A stretch of 64,000 bases of DNA from Trichodelitschia bisporula (taxonomy: Eukaryota), in assembly GCA_010356995.1 (NCBI GenBank), contig ML996694.1, positions 1,171,931-1,235,930 on the forward strand, in the 5' to 3' direction. The notes under the pieces are model-generated. The model saw only the letters and a program-made list of their open reading frames with translations, ran no database searches and was not told where the DNA came from. The stretch's first letter is position 1. The number at the start of each line of letters is the position of its first letter. Shown here in pieces: positions 61,347-64,000 of this stretch. A program made the position numbers and the translations under genes.

Positions 61347-63437
61347 ATGTCCTGGGATTCTTATGGAGGTTTGCCTCCGGGCGCGAACTTCGACCCCAGC
61401 TTCCTCCCCCAGAACTCCTATGGTGCCCAATTTTACGCTCCAGCACATTCCGCCGACCAAGACGAAGAACAATATTACGACCCCACGTCGCCCGATTCGG
61501 AGACTGAACTTGCTGTGAGTTTGCGTGTTGCGCCTTGGCCCTTACTCTACAACCTCTCACGTCGCAAACAGTCCACATGGAACGCGCATCACCCCGCAAA
61601 CACCTTCTCTCCTAGCAACAACACCGCCGGCCCCTCGAACACAACCGGAATCACCAATAATCCTGTGGATAAAGCTGCAATTCTTCGCGCTGAGCTGCTC
61701 AAACGCCGCGAGTCGAGCCGCGGCCCCGCAAATCTGGACAAACAAAAGCCGGAGCCGCTAGAGGTCGGCAACCTGATCAAAGAGTACCGAGAAGCTGCGG
61801 AGAAGTCGCAGTCAAACATCAAGACCGAAAACATACAACACCACAAGGACAACACCAACGATATCCTCCATACTACATACACTCCCAATGCCGGAAATAC
61901 TGTGAAAAAGACCGCCAAAGTTGCCGATACATCGCCAAACATGCTCACCATGACTGAACAGCCCAAGGGTGGAGACTTGGCATCTTCCAACATGACTGTC
62001 GTCAGCCAATCCTCCAGCGCTACCTTGGGAGCTGAGCGTCCTGGGCAAAACGAGCCAATGTTGAATGAAAACTCTGGATCCGACGTTTGGCCGCCTTCCA
62101 ATTCCAAGACCAAACTGGCGGATCAAAAGACAACAAAGCATTCAACCAAGACTACTATCGCGACACCCAACTCTGGTCCAAGTGACCAGGAACAACAGGA
62201 CGAACAAATGGATAATGATCTGGAGCACTGGTTGGAGCTTACGGGCTACCACAACATTGCTAACCGCAAAAGGCTTCTGACAATCCACCGTCGCCGCAAG
62301 CAGCTGGCTCGCGAGCTGGCCGAACTTGACCGTGAAGTCGCATCGGGTGTTCCTGTTGGCATCGCAGTCCCTTCGGCTGAGGCGCTCGTGGGCTCACCCG
62401 TCGTCCCCGTCGCTCGGGCCGTCACCGTCTCCAGCGCGCTTCCCACGCCAACGGAGACCGCCCCGCCGAAGCCAACGGCCGTCAAGCATGAGACCAAAAA
62501 GCGCCCACACTCTCCCGAGCCGCAAGCAGGCGCCGGCAAGCTCGCGCGCAAGGTCTCCCCAGTTCCAGCTCCCAAGGCCCCGAAGAATTCGTAACGCTCC
62601 TCCCACATCCTACCTCACACGCGTCTAACTCTGCACAGCTACAAGACTGACTCGCCCGATGCGCCCCGCCGCCCCGCCTTCCAGCCCGCACCGCGTCGCT
62701 CGCCTTCGCCGCGCTACGACAGCTTCCGCGGCCGTGGCCGTGAGCCATATCGCCGGTCGCCGTCTCCGGGTGGTCGTGCGTATGGCCGCTTTGCGCCGCA
62801 CTCGCCAGAGCGTGAACGCTTTGACTATGGCCGTGGTCGTGGCCGTGGCCGTGGCCGCGGTGGTTCGCTCCGCGGCGGAGGCGGGCGCGATGTCTCGCCC
62901 GTGCCGTTCAACAGCCTCCATGACGATGGTCAGTTGATGCTTTAGGACTTTCGTACTCTCGCTGATGGCACAGCGCGCTACTTCATCATCAAGTCGTGGA
63001 ACCATGAGAATGTTGATATTGCGATGCGCGAGGGCTCTTGGGTTACACAGGCGGCCAACGAGGGGATGTTCGCGGATGCGTACCGCAACAGTCGCAATGT
63101 CATCCTCTTCTTTTCCGTGAATAAGAGCGCTACGTTCCAGGGCTATGTACGTTTCTGAACCGGAAGTGCGTATGCTGACGATGCGCAGGCCAGAATGGAT
63201 TCCGCTCCCGGGGCAGCAACGCCGCCCAGCTGGGTAAACGAGCTAAGATGGCCCGCTTCCGCTCCGTTTAAGGTACACTGGATCCGCAAGCGCGATACGC
63301 ATTTCAGCAAGGTCGGGCATTTGAAAAATGCGTTCAATGATGATCAGCCGGTGCTTGTGGGAAGGGATGGGCAGGAGGTTGAGGAGTCGTGTGGGAGGGC
63401 GCTGTGTGAGATTATTGATGAGGAGTCGAGGTGGTAG
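61347..63437 (+). CDS. YTH-domain RNA-binding protein with RS/RGG-rich linker
   Basis: After splicing: RYFIIKSWNHENV..GSWVTQ..NVILFFSVNKSATFQGYARM..PFKVHW..HLKNAFNDDQPVLVGRDGQEVEESCGRALC. Introns 61515-61571, 62591-62638, 62929-62973 and 63147-63188. Confidence 0.92.
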
Positions 63438-63447
63438 GATCATCTTT

Positions 63448-63525
63448 GGACTCTGGACATACGCCTGGACTATGGACATACGCCTGGACTATGGACATAC
63501 GCCTGGACTGTGGACATACGCTGGC
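63448..63525. repeat. 19-nt tandem repeat x4 just after the YTH stop codon
   Basis: GGACT(C/A/G)TGGACATACGCCT repeated four times. Confidence 0.9.
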
Positions 63526-64000
63526 TAGGGACGGCACTTTAGCCGGCATCAAAATACTGTAGCAAATACTGTCTTTTTATATGCACGTGAGGGATGTGAT
63601 GCTGTTCATGTTGTTTCGCTTGATGAAGTTGATCCTTGCCCGCAGGTGACGCAGACATGGCGCAGGAGCACTGTTATGTCAGGAAGGAGTGTACCTATCT
63701 TCGCACTTGCCATCGTCGTCCCGTCTCTTCCTCGAAGAGTGTCCCTCCGATGCCGGTGCGTACATGCCCTGAAATAAGGGTGTTCCTTCTGACGATAAGA
63801 TACGCCTGCCTGAGGTTTACATCACTGACATCCTCTTTTCAGGTTCAGAGCACTTGCTTTGATACCAAGTTAGAATCAACAACCGTCCCATTTAAACGCC
63901 CACGACGCTTTCACGAGTCTATTAGACTGATATGAAGCATTTGGGACAAGTCGAGTCCGCTCAATCAACCGATCGTGGACGTTCGTCCCGTCAATCAATC

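Noticed and set aside
1..64000. tRNA, rRNA, intact transposase or reverse transcriptase, secondary-metabolite backbone genes
   Set aside because: None recognised by eye. tRNAscan-SE, Infernal and HMM searches were not run, so small RNAs cannot be excluded.

Overview
Eukaryotic DNA from a filamentous ascomycete (Pezizomycotina, probably Dothideomycete-like; inferred from GC-rich genes with very short GT..CTRAC..YAG introns). Fifteen protein-coding genes could be modelled by hand: a 5'-truncated Ser/Thr mucin with six PAN/Apple-like Cys modules, a Pro/Ser-rich hypothetical protein, glutaminase GtaA, Hsp90 co-chaperone Aha1, a probably GPI-anchored S10 serine carboxypeptidase, tRNA thiolase Ncs6/Ctu1, a multi-pass membrane protein, a four-finger C2H2 transcription factor, epsin, a Cys-rich GPI protein, an ING/Pho23-like PHD protein, a cyclase-family hydrolase, an AtuA/DUF1446 protein, a formin-GBD-like protein and a YTH-domain protein. 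There are also a few weak orphan ORFs and gene relics at about 12-18 kb and 29-32 kb. The best-supported non-genic discoveries are (i) a dispersed family of about 160-180 bp TGTA-starting solo-LTR-like elements with 4-5 copies, all just downstream of gene 3' ends, and (ii) a two-unit minisatellite right after the mucin stop codon. Other points of interest are the cyclase + AtuA pair (possible uncharacterised catabolic unit) and an apparent excess of 3n and stop-free short introns. No tRNA, rRNA, CRISPR array or intact transposon was recognised. All calls come from reading the sequence; no database search was run.
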